Below are positions 44,815-53,486 of a DNA stretch of 64,000 nucleotides, in pieces (position 1 is the first letter of the stretch; the number at the start of each line of letters is the position of its first letter). The notes under the pieces are model-generated. The model was not told where the DNA came from. It made no database searches and worked only from the letters and a program-made list of their open reading frames with translations. Source of the stretch: Dehalococcoidales bacterium (lineage in GTDB: Bacteria > Chloroflexota > Dehalococcoidia > Dehalococcoidales > UBA5627). A program made the position numbers and the translations under genes. The stretch lies in contig DAOUFJ010000018.1 in NCBI GenBank assembly GCA_034429935.1, forward strand, positions 19,862-83,861, in the 5' to 3' direction.

Positions 44815-46739
44815 CCTGCAGTTACCAGCAGAATCACGATGGTAGCGAAGGCATACAGGATAAAGGTTTCCAGGTCCTTGTTGTGCTTTTGTGAAATGAA
44901 TCCGGCGATTGCCATAAAGAAGTGAGCGATTGGCATATAGATACGTTCCTCGAAAAACCTGAAGGTGGTAATCTTGGCCTCGGTACGCATGGTGATGCTG
45001 TTTTCCTTATCGAAGTACTCTTTGCGGTTGTTTTTTTTGGTGCGGAAAATAAACGAGAATATGGTAACAATCGGTTCCGAGAAGCCGGTAGCTGTATATT
45101 CCATGTTCCCGGTTTGCCTGCCGATGCCGCAGCCCCATGTTTCACTGATTCTGACAGGCACATGGCTCAATTTCAGCAATCCGGCAAACAGCAGGATTAT
45201 AAACAGCAAAACAATGCTCAGCGGGAGCATGTTGGGTATCGGCAAATCGAACCCGATGCCTTTTATTATCTGGAATGAGAATACCCCCAGCACAACACAC
45301 AGAATAGCCAGTACCGACGGCCCTGCCAGCATTCCGAATGGTGCTTCTTTTGCCCTTTCCGCCTCTTCGGAACGCGGTCTGGCCAAAAATACGATGCCGA
45401 ATGCTTTTACAAAGCAGGCGGCAGCAAGGGCGCTCATGAAGGCGAATGCCGCCAGTCCGATAACCATTATTATTTCAATTAAAGCGTTATTCAATGCGAA
45501 CGATTGCAGGTATGCCTGGAAAATCATTATTTCGCTGGCAAAGCCGTTCAAAGGCGGCAGGGCAGAGATGGCGCAGGAGCCGATAAGAAACAGGTAAGCC
45601 GTTACGGGCATGGTTTTCACCAGACCGCCCATCTCTTCGATATTGCGTGTTCCGGTAGCCTGTACCACCGAACCGGCGGTCATAAACAGCAGGCTCTTGA
45701 AGATCGCGTGGTTCAATGTATGGAACAGGGCGCCTACCAGGCTTAAATTTGCCTGTGTTTCCAGCCCGTAATGGGCAAAGATGACGTATAGACCCAGTCC
45801 GGTAACGATAATGCCTATATTTTCTATGCTGTGATAGGCCAGCAGTTTCTTGAAATCATGCTCTTTGAGGGCGTATATTACACCCAGGACGGCCGAAACG
45901 GTTCCGAAAGCTAAGAGTACGAAACCCCACCATAATTCGGGTTCGAGCACATCGAAAGCGAAACGGCAAAGTCCATATATGGCGACTTTGAGCATTACTC
46001 CCGACATCAAAGCAGATACGTTGGACGGCGCTGCCGAGTGGGCATACGGCAGCCATTTATGAAAGGGGATGACACCCGCCTTGGTTCCGAACCCGACAAA
46101 AAATGCCAGGAAAACGAAGCTCTTGGCGACTTGCGGCAGAGTGTCCGCAGCCTGCATATCGAAAGTCCCCGTATATTTGTATATCAATAAGAAAGCGATG
46201 AAAAGGAATAAAGTGCTGAACTGCGTCATCACGAAGTAAAAGATGCCCGCTTTTTGAGTCTCCGGTTTTTCTCTTTCATACATTACCAGAAGGAATGAAG
46301 ATATCGACATTATCTCCCAGAAAAACAGGAAACAGAACATATTGGCTGAGGCGACAACCATCAGCATCGACAGGATGAAAAGAGGCAGCAAGGCAGTCGA
46401 TATCTGGCGTCTTTTCTCGCTGCCGCTGTGTTCGATATAGCTGAAGGAGTAGATGGTGCAACAGAAGCCGACAATGCCGACCAGGGCGATGAAGAAGCTG
46501 GATAACCTGTCCATGTAAATGTTGAATACGATGTCAGTGGTAAGTGAATAGATAGTCTGGCTGTAGTCTGCGCCGGTGAAAAAACAGATGAGCGCGGCTG
46601 TGGTTATGCAGGCTAATCCCGATAGCAGTATTAATAAAGCGGTACGGCGGCTGGTTTTGCCGGGCTTAACTATGGTAACCAGCGGCATGATAAAAGCCAG
46701 CAGCAGGAGCATAGCTCCCGCTTCAAAAAGTGTTTCCAT
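44802..46739 (-). CDS. NuoL/HyfB-like antiporter-type membrane subunit
   Basis: 645 aa. FGTKAGVIPFHKWLPYAHSAAPSNVSALMSGVMLKVAIYG is a typical NuoL/M/N motif. First gene of the operon. Confidence 0.85.
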   Translation of the reverse strand: METLFEAGAMLLLLAFIMPLVTIVKPGKTSRRTALLILLSGLACITTAALICFFTGADYSQTIYSLTTDIVFNIYMDRLSSFFIALVGIVGFCCTIYSFSYIEHSGSEKRRQISTALLPLFILSMLMVVASANMFCFLFFWEIMSISSFLLVMYEREKPETQKAGIFYFVMTQFSTLFLFIAFLLIYKYTGTFDMQAADTLPQVAKSFVFLAFFVGFGTKAGVIPFHKWLPYAHSAAPSNVSALMSGVMLKVAIYGLCRFAFDVLEPELWWGFVLLAFGTVSAVLGVIYALKEHDFKKLLAYHSIENIGIIVTGLGLYVIFAHYGLETQANLSLVGALFHTLNHAIFKSLLFMTAGSVVQATGTRNIEEMGGLVKTMPVTAYLFLIGSCAISALPPLNGFASEIMIFQAYLQSFALNNALIEIIMVIGLAAFAFMSALAAACFVKAFGIVFLARPRSEEAERAKEAPFGMLAGPSVLAILCVVLGVFSFQIIKGIGFDLPIPNMLPLSIVLLFIILLFAGLLKLSHVPVRISETWGCGIGRQTGNMEYTATGFSEPIVTIFSFIFRTKKNNRKEYFDKENSITMRTEAKITTFRFFEERIYMPIAHFFMAIAGFISQKHNKDLETFILYAFATIVILLVTAGWWL

Positions 46740-47024
46740 ATCAGGATTGGTATATCTTTAAGCCTTAGAAGGGAAAAAAATAAGGAAACCCCTTCTTAAG
46801 GTCTCCTTCTAAATTAATATATAAATGTTTTATTTAAACGACTGGGATTAATTCTATTCCAAGTTTGTTTTGTTGTCAAACAGGCTATATATGATTTCTT
46901 TAAAAGAGTGTTAAAACCTCTTTACAGAGACTTAACATGCCATCTGTTATATTAGGATATATTGAACGGATTATTCTCGAGAATAAGTCAATAATTAATA
47001 TTTCGGGTTACCGGTGTATATCAA

Positions 47025-47819
47025 ATGACTAAAATAAGAAGTAATAGAAATATCGTTGTCCATCAAATAGATAACAGCAGGGTGGAAGAGACAAGGCGTA
47101 TAGAACGCAAGTTCTTCATATCTCCCGATAAAATCGATTATGCCCTGGCTATATTGAAGCAAACCTGTCTCCCCGACAGTGAAAATTCCGATGAATGGAT
47201 AAACAGCCTCTATTTCGATAGCGATGACCTGGAACAGCATGAAAAGTCTTCTTCCGGGGACAGCCGTAAGGATAAGGTGCGCATCCGCTGGTATTATAAA
47301 CTTGGCGATTACCAGTATTCCGTTCCCGTATATATCGAGCACAAAACGCGTGAAGGATTCGTCGGAACCAAGCAGCGCAAAAAGGTAGTTGCTCCGCTTG
47401 AAAATCTGGAAATGCAGAATCTCGTGAAAGGTATCGTTCCTGAGTCCCAGCTTATAGATACACTATCCGCTTTTGGTTATTTCCCTTCAAGACGCATCAG
47501 TCCGGTTATCGTCATATCGTATTACCGCCATCATTTTACGGATTTAATGAGCGGCATGCGGGTCAGCCTGGATTACAATATCGCCTCCACCATGATCGAC
47601 CGGTCATTCGGCTACGGCGATAAGGATTTGAAGCTGCCGGGCGGCATTATCGAAATCAAGGGAACAAAAATGGAACTGCCGGAGACGCTGTGCCGGTTGA
47701 AACAGCTGGATATAGACTGGACGCGTTTTTCCAAGTATTCGTCATGCCTGGAGGCTCACATGGCGGAACCTCATTCGCTTTTGAGGCTCTGGCCCTCGGG
47801 AAGAAATCCATTAAGTTAA
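47025..47819 (+). CDS. VTC-domain protein (CYTH-like, polyphosphate-polymerase-type tunnel domain)
   Basis: 264 aa. Starts its fold with RIERKFFIS and continues INSLYFDSDDL...KVRIRWY...VYIEHKTRE...GIIEIKG, as in bacterial VTC (PF09359-type) proteins. Recognition is from memory, not searched. Confidence 0.7.
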   Translation: MTKIRSNRNIVVHQIDNSRVEETRRIERKFFISPDKIDYALAILKQTCLPDSENSDEWINSLYFDSDDLEQHEKSSSGDSRKDKVRIRWYYKLGDYQYSVPVYIEHKTREGFVGTKQRKKVVAPLENLEMQNLVKGIVPESQLIDTLSAFGYFPSRRISPVIVISYYRHHFTDLMSGMRVSLDYNIASTMIDRSFGYGDKDLKLPGGIIEIKGTKMELPETLCRLKQLDIDWTRFSKYSSCLEAHMAEPHSLLRLWPSGRNPLS

Positions 47820-47846
47820 TATTTTAAAAGGAAAGGGATTAATATT

Positions 47847-48500
47847 ATGTTCGACTGGTTATTTTCATCTTCGATAGATATAACCGAAGCGCTTATTTCT
47901 ATCGGTTTTTCGCTGGCCGCTTCAATTGTTGCCTATCTCATGTATCAGTTATTTTACGGTTCGAAGAACATCGGGGCGGGGGTGCACCGCACTTTCCTTA
48001 TCGGCGGACCGGCCATCACCACCCTGTTCCTGGGGATTCAGACTTCGATTCCGCTGTCTCTGGGTTTGCTAGGTGCGCTCTCTTTCGTGCGTTTCAGGAC
48101 GCCCGTCAAGGACCCGGCCGAAATAGGCTTTCTGCTGCTGCTTATCGCATCCTCAATCGGTGCGGCAACCAGCAACTACCTGATTACCATTCTGCTTTTT
48201 GTCGTTGTCTTCATCGCTCTGGGTGCGCAGATGCTGCTGCGCAAAAAGTTCTCCGGGTTCGGCAGGGGGCAGTTGATGATATCCCTCGATAAGGCTGCTT
48301 ATCCCTCCCTGGATAAGAATTTGAATGAGTTTTTAAGCAAGAAGCTGGGGGGCGTCAAGCTGGAGAACATGTCTGCAATAGAAGGTAGGGTCAACCTGCA
48401 CTATATATACAGGAAGCAGGACGATTATAACTGGGGGGCTTTTACCGGCGAGCTCGACCGTCTGGCCGGTTCCGCAAAGCTGGAGCTATATATCAACTAG
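47847..48500 (+). CDS. DUF4956-family membrane protein (usual partner of bacterial VTC proteins)
   Basis: 217 aa, 4 TM. LSFVRFRTPVKDPAEIGFLLLLIASSIGAA matches my memory of the DUF4956 core motif. Confidence 0.65.
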   Translation: MFDWLFSSSIDITEALISIGFSLAASIVAYLMYQLFYGSKNIGAGVHRTFLIGGPAITTLFLGIQTSIPLSLGLLGALSFVRFRTPVKDPAEIGFLLLLIASSIGAATSNYLITILLFVVVFIALGAQMLLRKKFSGFGRGQLMISLDKAAYPSLDKNLNEFLSKKLGGVKLENMSAIEGRVNLHYIYRKQDDYNWGAFTGELDRLAGSAKLELYIN

Positions 48501-48550
48501 AACTTGTTATTTCTTATCCCTCTATTGGGAAGGGGAGAGTGCTGGAAACA

Positions 48551-48632
48551 CCCTCCCCTTCGTTATTTTGTCATGCTGGAGTCCCGACTTGTTGGGACTC
48601 CAGCATCTGGGGAGGGGATTAATCATTCCCCC
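48551..48632. repeat. Palindromic repeat array R4
   Basis: CCCTCCCC..., then GTCATGCTGGAGTCCCGACTTGTTGGGACTCCAGCATCTGGGGAGGGGA (48570-48618; an 11-bp perfect stem GCTGGAGTCCC/GGGACTCCAGC), then a GGGGAGGGGATTAATCATTCCCCC hairpin. Confidence 0.8.
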
Positions 48633-48637
48633 GGTCA

Positions 48638-48925
48638 TTATTTTATTATTTTTGTAATTATGACTGTCCCTATTATTATGAAAATGCCTATCGAAATGGC
48701 TATGAGCCATGCCATGCAGATGTCTGTAATACTAAAAAAAAGACTATCCAATGCTAAAAGTGCTATAACTAGACTAAGTATACTTGTTACTCTACTTGAT
48801 ATTATATTTCTTTTATTTGTGCTGTTTTTTAGTGCTACATCAAATCCTTTAGATGTAATTAAAATTAATTGATTATTGTCATACTCTATTAGTTTTTGTT
48901 CTTCCAAAAAAGAGGTTATTACCAT
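48638..48925 (-). CDS. Hypothetical small membrane protein (soluble ~45-aa N-domain + 2 TM)
   Basis: 95 aa in a very AT-rich region. The N-terminus FLEEQKLIEYDNNQLILITSKGFDVAL resembles the wing of a winged-helix domain. No family recognised. Confidence 0.5.
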   Translation of the reverse strand: MVITSFLEEQKLIEYDNNQLILITSKGFDVALKNSTNKRNIISSRVTSILSLVIALLALDSLFFSITDICMAWLIAISIGIFIIIGTVIITKIIK

Positions 48926-49033
48926 GAGTTTATTCCCACTTATTTTAAGCTTTTGGGCTAAAGGATTAGAATTATTGTTATCCTTATTATATTTATGAGG
49001 GGCATGTTACCAAATCTCATCTAAAACATTAAT

Positions 49034-49675
49034 TCAATTCTTTTTTGAAGAATTATTCCTGTCTAATCCATTTACCATGTTTTTCCCCTGAATTTCCTTT
49101 TTCTTCCTAGTTTTATTAAACACATAAATAGTCGCTATAAGTGTAATTATACCCAGTACTGCATACTGTATTACTTGTAATATATGTCCATTTTTAAAAT
49201 AAAAATATATCGCAATTCCTTCAAATAACAGTGTTAAACAAAACAATAAAGTAGCAATATTGTTTGATATTTTTCCTTCTTTAATCGTATTTGATATTAT
49301 ACTAAATTCAGCAGCCCCTATTAATAGTAAATAAATAATACTAATAATAACTAATTCTATATGTTGCTCTTTATACAAAAATGCAATATTAATTGCTATC
49401 TGTGCTATTGAGAATAGATAAAGTGTTCCTAATATATTCGACACAAGCTTTTTTATAAATTTTTTGTAAATATTGTTAGATTTGAAAGCTGCTATTGTAA
49501 TAATAAAGCCAAGAAATATGAATAAATAACCTAATAAATTAAATATATATTTCGTAAACCCTACATCTATGTTATAAGCTTGTAAATTGAATACTGTAAA
49601 TATAAAAAATAACCCAGAAATGAAACTTAATACACCTTGATTCAAGATATTTAATGCTTCACTATCTTTACTCAT
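49034..49675 (-). CDS. Hypothetical 6-TM membrane protein
   Basis: 213 aa, Ile/Phe/Leu/Asn/Lys-rich (AT-rich codons), basic C-terminal tail. No family recognised. Confidence 0.55.
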   Translation of the reverse strand: MSKDSEALNILNQGVLSFISGLFFIFTVFNLQAYNIDVGFTKYIFNLLGYLFIFLGFIITIAAFKSNNIYKKFIKKLVSNILGTLYLFSIAQIAINIAFLYKEQHIELVIISIIYLLLIGAAEFSIISNTIKEGKISNNIATLLFCLTLLFEGIAIYFYFKNGHILQVIQYAVLGIITLIATIYVFNKTRKKKEIQGKNMVNGLDRNNSSKKN

Positions 49676-49802
49676 CTATTTCTTACTCCCTTTCCCTTTT
49701 GGCTTATTCCAAACGGGAATTTATATTACAGCTACCATTTTATTCCTGTAAGATATATACAAACAAGGCTTTTTACATATATTTTTCTTTTGGATTATAA
49801 CC

Positions 49803-50108
49803 GTAGGGACGGGCATTGCCCGTCCGCAATGTGCGTATAAAGGGCGGACGACCACTGGTCGTCCCTACGAGATAATGAATGTTATCGATTGCTGCGTCGG
49901 GAAAGCATTACAGTCCTATCATGTCGTTACAAGGACGATTCAGGAAGACGAAGTCTCGATTAATCGGTATTTCGTTCCGGCAAGCCGGAATTCAACATCC
50001 GGGGTGGGGGGCTCTGTCACTCTGAGTGTAACGAAGAGTCTAGATACCATTCGATAAGCCTTATCCCGATACATCGGGATTCGGTCACTTTGCTCCATCA
50101 GAATGACA
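49803..50108. repeat. Palindromic repeat array R5
   Basis: 49803-49869 is a double hairpin, GTAGGGACGGGCATTGCCCGTCC...GGGCGGACGACCACTGGTCGTCCCTAC. 49971-50011 is TTCGTTCCGGCAAGCCGGAATTCAACATCCGGGGTGGGGGG. 50015-50108 is CTGTCACTCTGAGTGTAACGAAGAGTC...ATCCCGATACATCGGGAT...CATCAGAATGACAT. Confidence 0.8.
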
Positions 50109-50242
50109 TTTATTTGTTATCCCCTTCTTTGTTTATAGAGAAGGAGGATGAGGCTTACCCCGTCCTTTATATCTGGGAAATCCTGTTATAGTCTGTAAAT
50201 AATAAGCGCAATCCTTGTCCACAGTCAAAAAGATAGTGCCTA

Positions 50243-50305
50243 TTGCTGCCGTTATGGATTCGACAGGCTTCCTTCGAGAGACTCAGGACAGGCTCTACGA
50301 ATGGC
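50243..50305. repeat. Palindromic repeat module R6
   Basis: TTGCTGCCGTTATGGATTCGACAGGCTTCCTTCGAGAGACTCAGGACAGGCTCTACGAATGGC is related to 25738-25775 and 50476-50495 (the CGCCGCTATGGnTTCGACAGGCTC type). Confidence 0.7.
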
Positions 50306-50475
50306 ATATTATTAAAAACAAAAGAGGAGGCGATGAACCCCCTCTCTTGTTACGCTAGCTTTCAGCTCTGGTGTTATATAGTGTATGTTGTAAATGGTAA
50401 TTTTTTAATAATCCGTGGCAACGATAAAATCTTATAATAACGGGAATATTTTAATATGAGTTCTCCTGGTTTCTA

Positions 50476-50601
50476 ATCGCCGCCGCTATGGATTTGATCC
50501 CGACAAGTCGGGATTTCGTTCCGAACTGCGGAACTCAACATCCTTTGGAACGGCTCTGTTAATATCCGTGCATCCTGAGTTTATCGAAGGACACGAGCGG
50601 C
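50476..50601. repeat. Palindromic repeat array R7
   Basis: ATCGCCGCCGCTATGGATTTGATCCCGACAAGTCGGGATTTCGTTCCGAACTGCGGAACTCAACATCCTTTGG...GCATCCTGAGTTTATCGAAGGACACGAGCGGC. The same modules occur in R2 and R5. Confidence 0.8.
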
Positions 50602-50672
50602 TTTTCATAAAACGGTTTTATCAATTGCTTCGGATTAGCATCACCTCCTCTTTTTAAAATTTCAGAATATGT

Positions 50673-51584
50673 TTAAGCAGCTGCCATTTCTGCAATCAAT
50701 TCTTCGATAACGGTCATTGCATCGTTGATGTTTATAGCGTAACCCATTCCCTCCACGCCGACATCGGATACCTTGGCGTTGGTGATTCCGATGACTTCCC
50801 CGTTCATGTTTATCAGTATGCCGCCGCTATTGCCGGCGTTTATAGCGGCGCTGGTTTCGATTAACCCGCTCAGCGTTTGATTTTCGACATCTATAGAAAC
50901 GTTCATCTGGCTGATAATCCCTTCCTTGGCGCTTACTCCCATGTCCAGTGAGTTACCCAGGGTTACCACCCAGTCGCCGATTCGCAACTGGGTGGAATCG
51001 CCGGTTGCCGCCGCTTGCAGGTTATCGGCATCGATTTTAAAAATGGCTAGATCGGCTTCTTCATCATAATATACAGTGCTGGTATCGACGTCGCAGACCC
51101 TGCCGTCGTCTAGCGTGACGCTGATACTGTCGGCACCGTCGACGACATGATAGTTGGTAACGATGATTCCGCTGTCGTCGATAATCCACCCGGAACCGGC
51201 GCCTTCTTCCGTATAGTAATATCTGCCCCATAGAGTATATGTATAGGTCGTGTTTATGGCGACTACGGATGATTTGACTTCGGCTACAACATCGGCAATA
51301 TTTACAGATTCGGTTACGGTCGAAGTCTGCCCACCTAAATTCTGTACGGTAGCTTCCAGAGAAGCCACACTGTTTGCCAGTGAATTAACTTCCGATATCT
51401 CGTTTTGCAGAGAAGAAATCTGTTCCACGGCTGTCGATAGTTGAGCTTCGAGAGAACTTATCTGTGCATCGGCTTCTTCGAGCTGTTCGCTTTGCGTCGA
51501 GAGCATTGATACCCCGATAAGTGTGATAACTATCAGGATGATAGTGACCGGTAAAAATACCCATTTGGCAATAGAATTATTCAT
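50673..51584 (-). CDS. Membrane-anchored trypsin-like serine protease (HtrA/DegP S1C family) without PDZ domain
   Basis: 303 aa. N-terminal TM, a coiled-coil-like heptad region (QLEEADAQISSLEAQLSTAVEQISSLQNEISE), then the protease core with His (VTNYHVV), Asp (DLAIFKI) and Ser (GNSGGILIN). The ORF ends about 60 aa after the Ser, so there is no room for a PDZ domain. Confidence 0.85.
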   Translation of the reverse strand: MNNSIAKWVFLPVTIILIVITLIGVSMLSTQSEQLEEADAQISSLEAQLSTAVEQISSLQNEISEVNSLANSVASLEATVQNLGGQTSTVTESVNIADVVAEVKSSVVAINTTYTYTLWGRYYYTEEGAGSGWIIDDSGIIVTNYHVVDGADSISVTLDDGRVCDVDTSTVYYDEEADLAIFKIDADNLQAAATGDSTQLRIGDWVVTLGNSLDMGVSAKEGIISQMNVSIDVENQTLSGLIETSAAINAGNSGGILINMNGEVIGITNAKVSDVGVEGMGYAININDAMTVIEELIAEMAAA

Positions 51585-51705
51585 TTTTGTTAAGCCTCCT
51601 GTTTGTAGATAAGGTGTGTACAGGTTTCATTTACAATATAAACATACCATATTGATGATAAAGCCTGTGTAAAGAAATAGGTGTTACGTTATGAAAATAA
51701 ATGGT

Positions 51706-52827
51706 TTAAATTGAATTATAAAGCGGCAGATGTACTGTAAAAGTACTGCCTGCATCGGGTTTGCTTTTAACGTTTATCGTTCCTTTATGCGACTCAATTA
51801 TCTCTTTGACGATGGCCAGCCCCAGTCCTGTTCCCCCCTGTGCGCGCGACCTGGATTTATCAACGCGGAAGAAGCGGTCGAAGATATGTTTCTGGTCTTC
51901 TTCGGAAATTCCGATGCCGTTATCCTCGACTGTAATAACGGCGTTTTGCCCGTCTTTACATGTGGATATCTTCACGCTGCCGCCCGGGCGGTTGTATTTA
52001 ATGGCGTTGTCGATAAGGTTGGTGAAAGCCTGTTTAAAGGCAAAATTATCGCCTTCGACCGGCAGTTCTTCCGCTGAGGCATCGAAAGTCAGGGTTATGT
52101 TGCTGTTTTGGGCATATGTATTTATTTCTTTCAGGATGTCATCGATGAGAGCGTTCATATCAATTACCGTGTATTCGGCAATCTGCTGCTGATTCTTGGA
52201 TAATACCAATAATTTTTCGCTTAACTGGCTCATGCGTTCGGTGTTCATTTTCAAAACCTCGACCAGTTTCCGGTAATCTTCGGCGGACGGATTTTCATCC
52301 ATCTCTATTACTTCTATGTTCGTTTTGGCGATGGCTATAGGGGTTTTCAACTCGTGCGAGGCATCCTGGACAAACTGGTTTTGTGCATTGAAAGATTCCT
52401 CCAGCCGGTTTAACATGTTGTCGAAGGTATCGGCCAGCCGTTTCATTTCGTCGTCGGGCCCCTGGTAGTTGATGCGCTCTTTTAAGTTGCTGGTGGATAT
52501 GCGTGTCGCCAGTGCTGAAACATTATCGATTGGTTTGAGCATTCTTTTGGAAAGGAAATACCCGCCCAGAGCGCAGAGTATAAGCAGTACTCCGAAGCTG
52601 ACCCACGAGTAGATTGTCAGGTAATCCCCGTATTTCTCTCCTGCCATTTGAGCTATTTCAAACGCTTCCCTAGGGTCGCCCGCAAAGCGCGGCGGAATAT
52701 CGTTTTGAGCTATTTCCATCGTCAGGTTGTAGCCGACTATCAGCAGGGCGCCGATAAGTAAGAAAAAAATAAGGTACCAGAGTGTGAGCTTGAAGCCGAT
52801 GGTTCTGGTAAAAACCGGGGCTTTCAT
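51706..52827 (-). CDS. Membrane sensor histidine kinase (2 TM + HAMP)
   Basis: 373 aa. H-box SHELKTPIAIAKTNIEVI, ATPase boxes LIDNAIKYN, DNGIGI, GTGLGLAIV. Overlaps the regulator gene by 4 nt. Confidence 0.9.
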   Translation of the reverse strand: MKAPVFTRTIGFKLTLWYLIFFLLIGALLIVGYNLTMEIAQNDIPPRFAGDPREAFEIAQMAGEKYGDYLTIYSWVSFGVLLILCALGGYFLSKRMLKPIDNVSALATRISTSNLKERINYQGPDDEMKRLADTFDNMLNRLEESFNAQNQFVQDASHELKTPIAIAKTNIEVIEMDENPSAEDYRKLVEVLKMNTERMSQLSEKLLVLSKNQQQIAEYTVIDMNALIDDILKEINTYAQNSNITLTFDASAEELPVEGDNFAFKQAFTNLIDNAIKYNRPGGSVKISTCKDGQNAVITVEDNGIGISEEDQKHIFDRFFRVDKSRSRAQGGTGLGLAIVKEIIESHKGTINVKSKPDAGSTFTVHLPLYNSI

Positions 52828-53486
52828 ATCATGTATCCTCTTCCTTTTACGGTCTTAATCAAATCACCTGCTCCGATGTCGCTCATTTTCTTGCGGATAT
52901 TGCTGACGTGTACCTTGATAGCCTGTGTAAACATATTCGATTCCTCATCCCAGATATGTTCCAGCAGTTCTTCCTGGCTGACGATTCTGCCGCTGTTCTG
53001 CATCAGGTACTCCAGGATGGCAAACTCCTTGACCGTAAAAATAGTTTCCTTATCTTTATTATATCCCTTGATGGTATTCGGGTCGATTACGAAGTCCCCG
53101 TTTCTGAGTATGACATTTCGCTGTCCGCCCTTGCGCCTGAGAATGGCGCGTACTCTGGCCAGCAGTTCCGGAAAATGAAATGGTTTTACCAGGTAGTCAT
53201 CGGCTCCTGTTTCCAGTCCCCTGGTGCGGTCTTCTACTCCCGAACGTGCGGTCAGCATCAGTATGCCGACGGGGGAATCGGCGGCTCTCAGTCTTTTGCA
53301 GACTTCCATCCCGTCCACTTTAGGAAGCATGATGTCCAGAATTATCAGGTCGTAGCTGTTCAGCTCCGCTTTGTAGAGGGCTTCCTCCCCGTCGTAAGCG
53401 GTGTCGCTGGCATAACCCTGCTTGTTTAAACCCCTGGCTATGGCATCGGCCAGTTCTTTTTCGTCTTCGACTACCAGTATTCTCAT
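52824..53486 (-). CDS. OmpR/PhoB-family response regulator
   Basis: Receiver (MRILVVEDE, ILDIMLPKVDG, LVKPF) plus winged helix (FTVKEFAILEYL, VHVSNIRKK, TVKGRGY). The start is set at ATG 53486; the track uses GTG 53501. Confidence 0.88.
   Translation of the reverse strand: MRILVVEDEKELADAIARGLNKQGYASDTAYDGEEALYKAELNSYDLIILDIMLPKVDGMEVCKRLRAADSPVGILMLTARSGVEDRTRGLETGADDYLVKPFHFPELLARVRAILRRKGGQRNVILRNGDFVIDPNTIKGYNKDKETIFTVKEFAILEYLMQNSGRIVSQEELLEHIWDEESNMFTQAIKVHVSNIRKKMSDIGAGDLIKTVKGRGYMI

Noticed and set aside
44834-46062. Multiple 66-210-aa ORFs on both strands within the HyfB-like gene
   Set aside because: They overlap a 645-aa antiporter-type subunit with strong family motifs. They are alternative-frame artefacts.
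48504-48872. 122-aa plus-strand ORF after the DUF4956 gene
   Set aside because: Its first half is translated straight through palindromic repeat array R4. Its second half is antisense to the 95-aa membrane ORF. It has no RBS or family signal.
16023-50601. Possibility that the recurring hairpin repeats form a CRISPR array
   Set aside because: The repeats are heterogeneous modules in both orientations, with irregular spacing and no uniform repeat-spacer periodicity. No cas genes are in the window.
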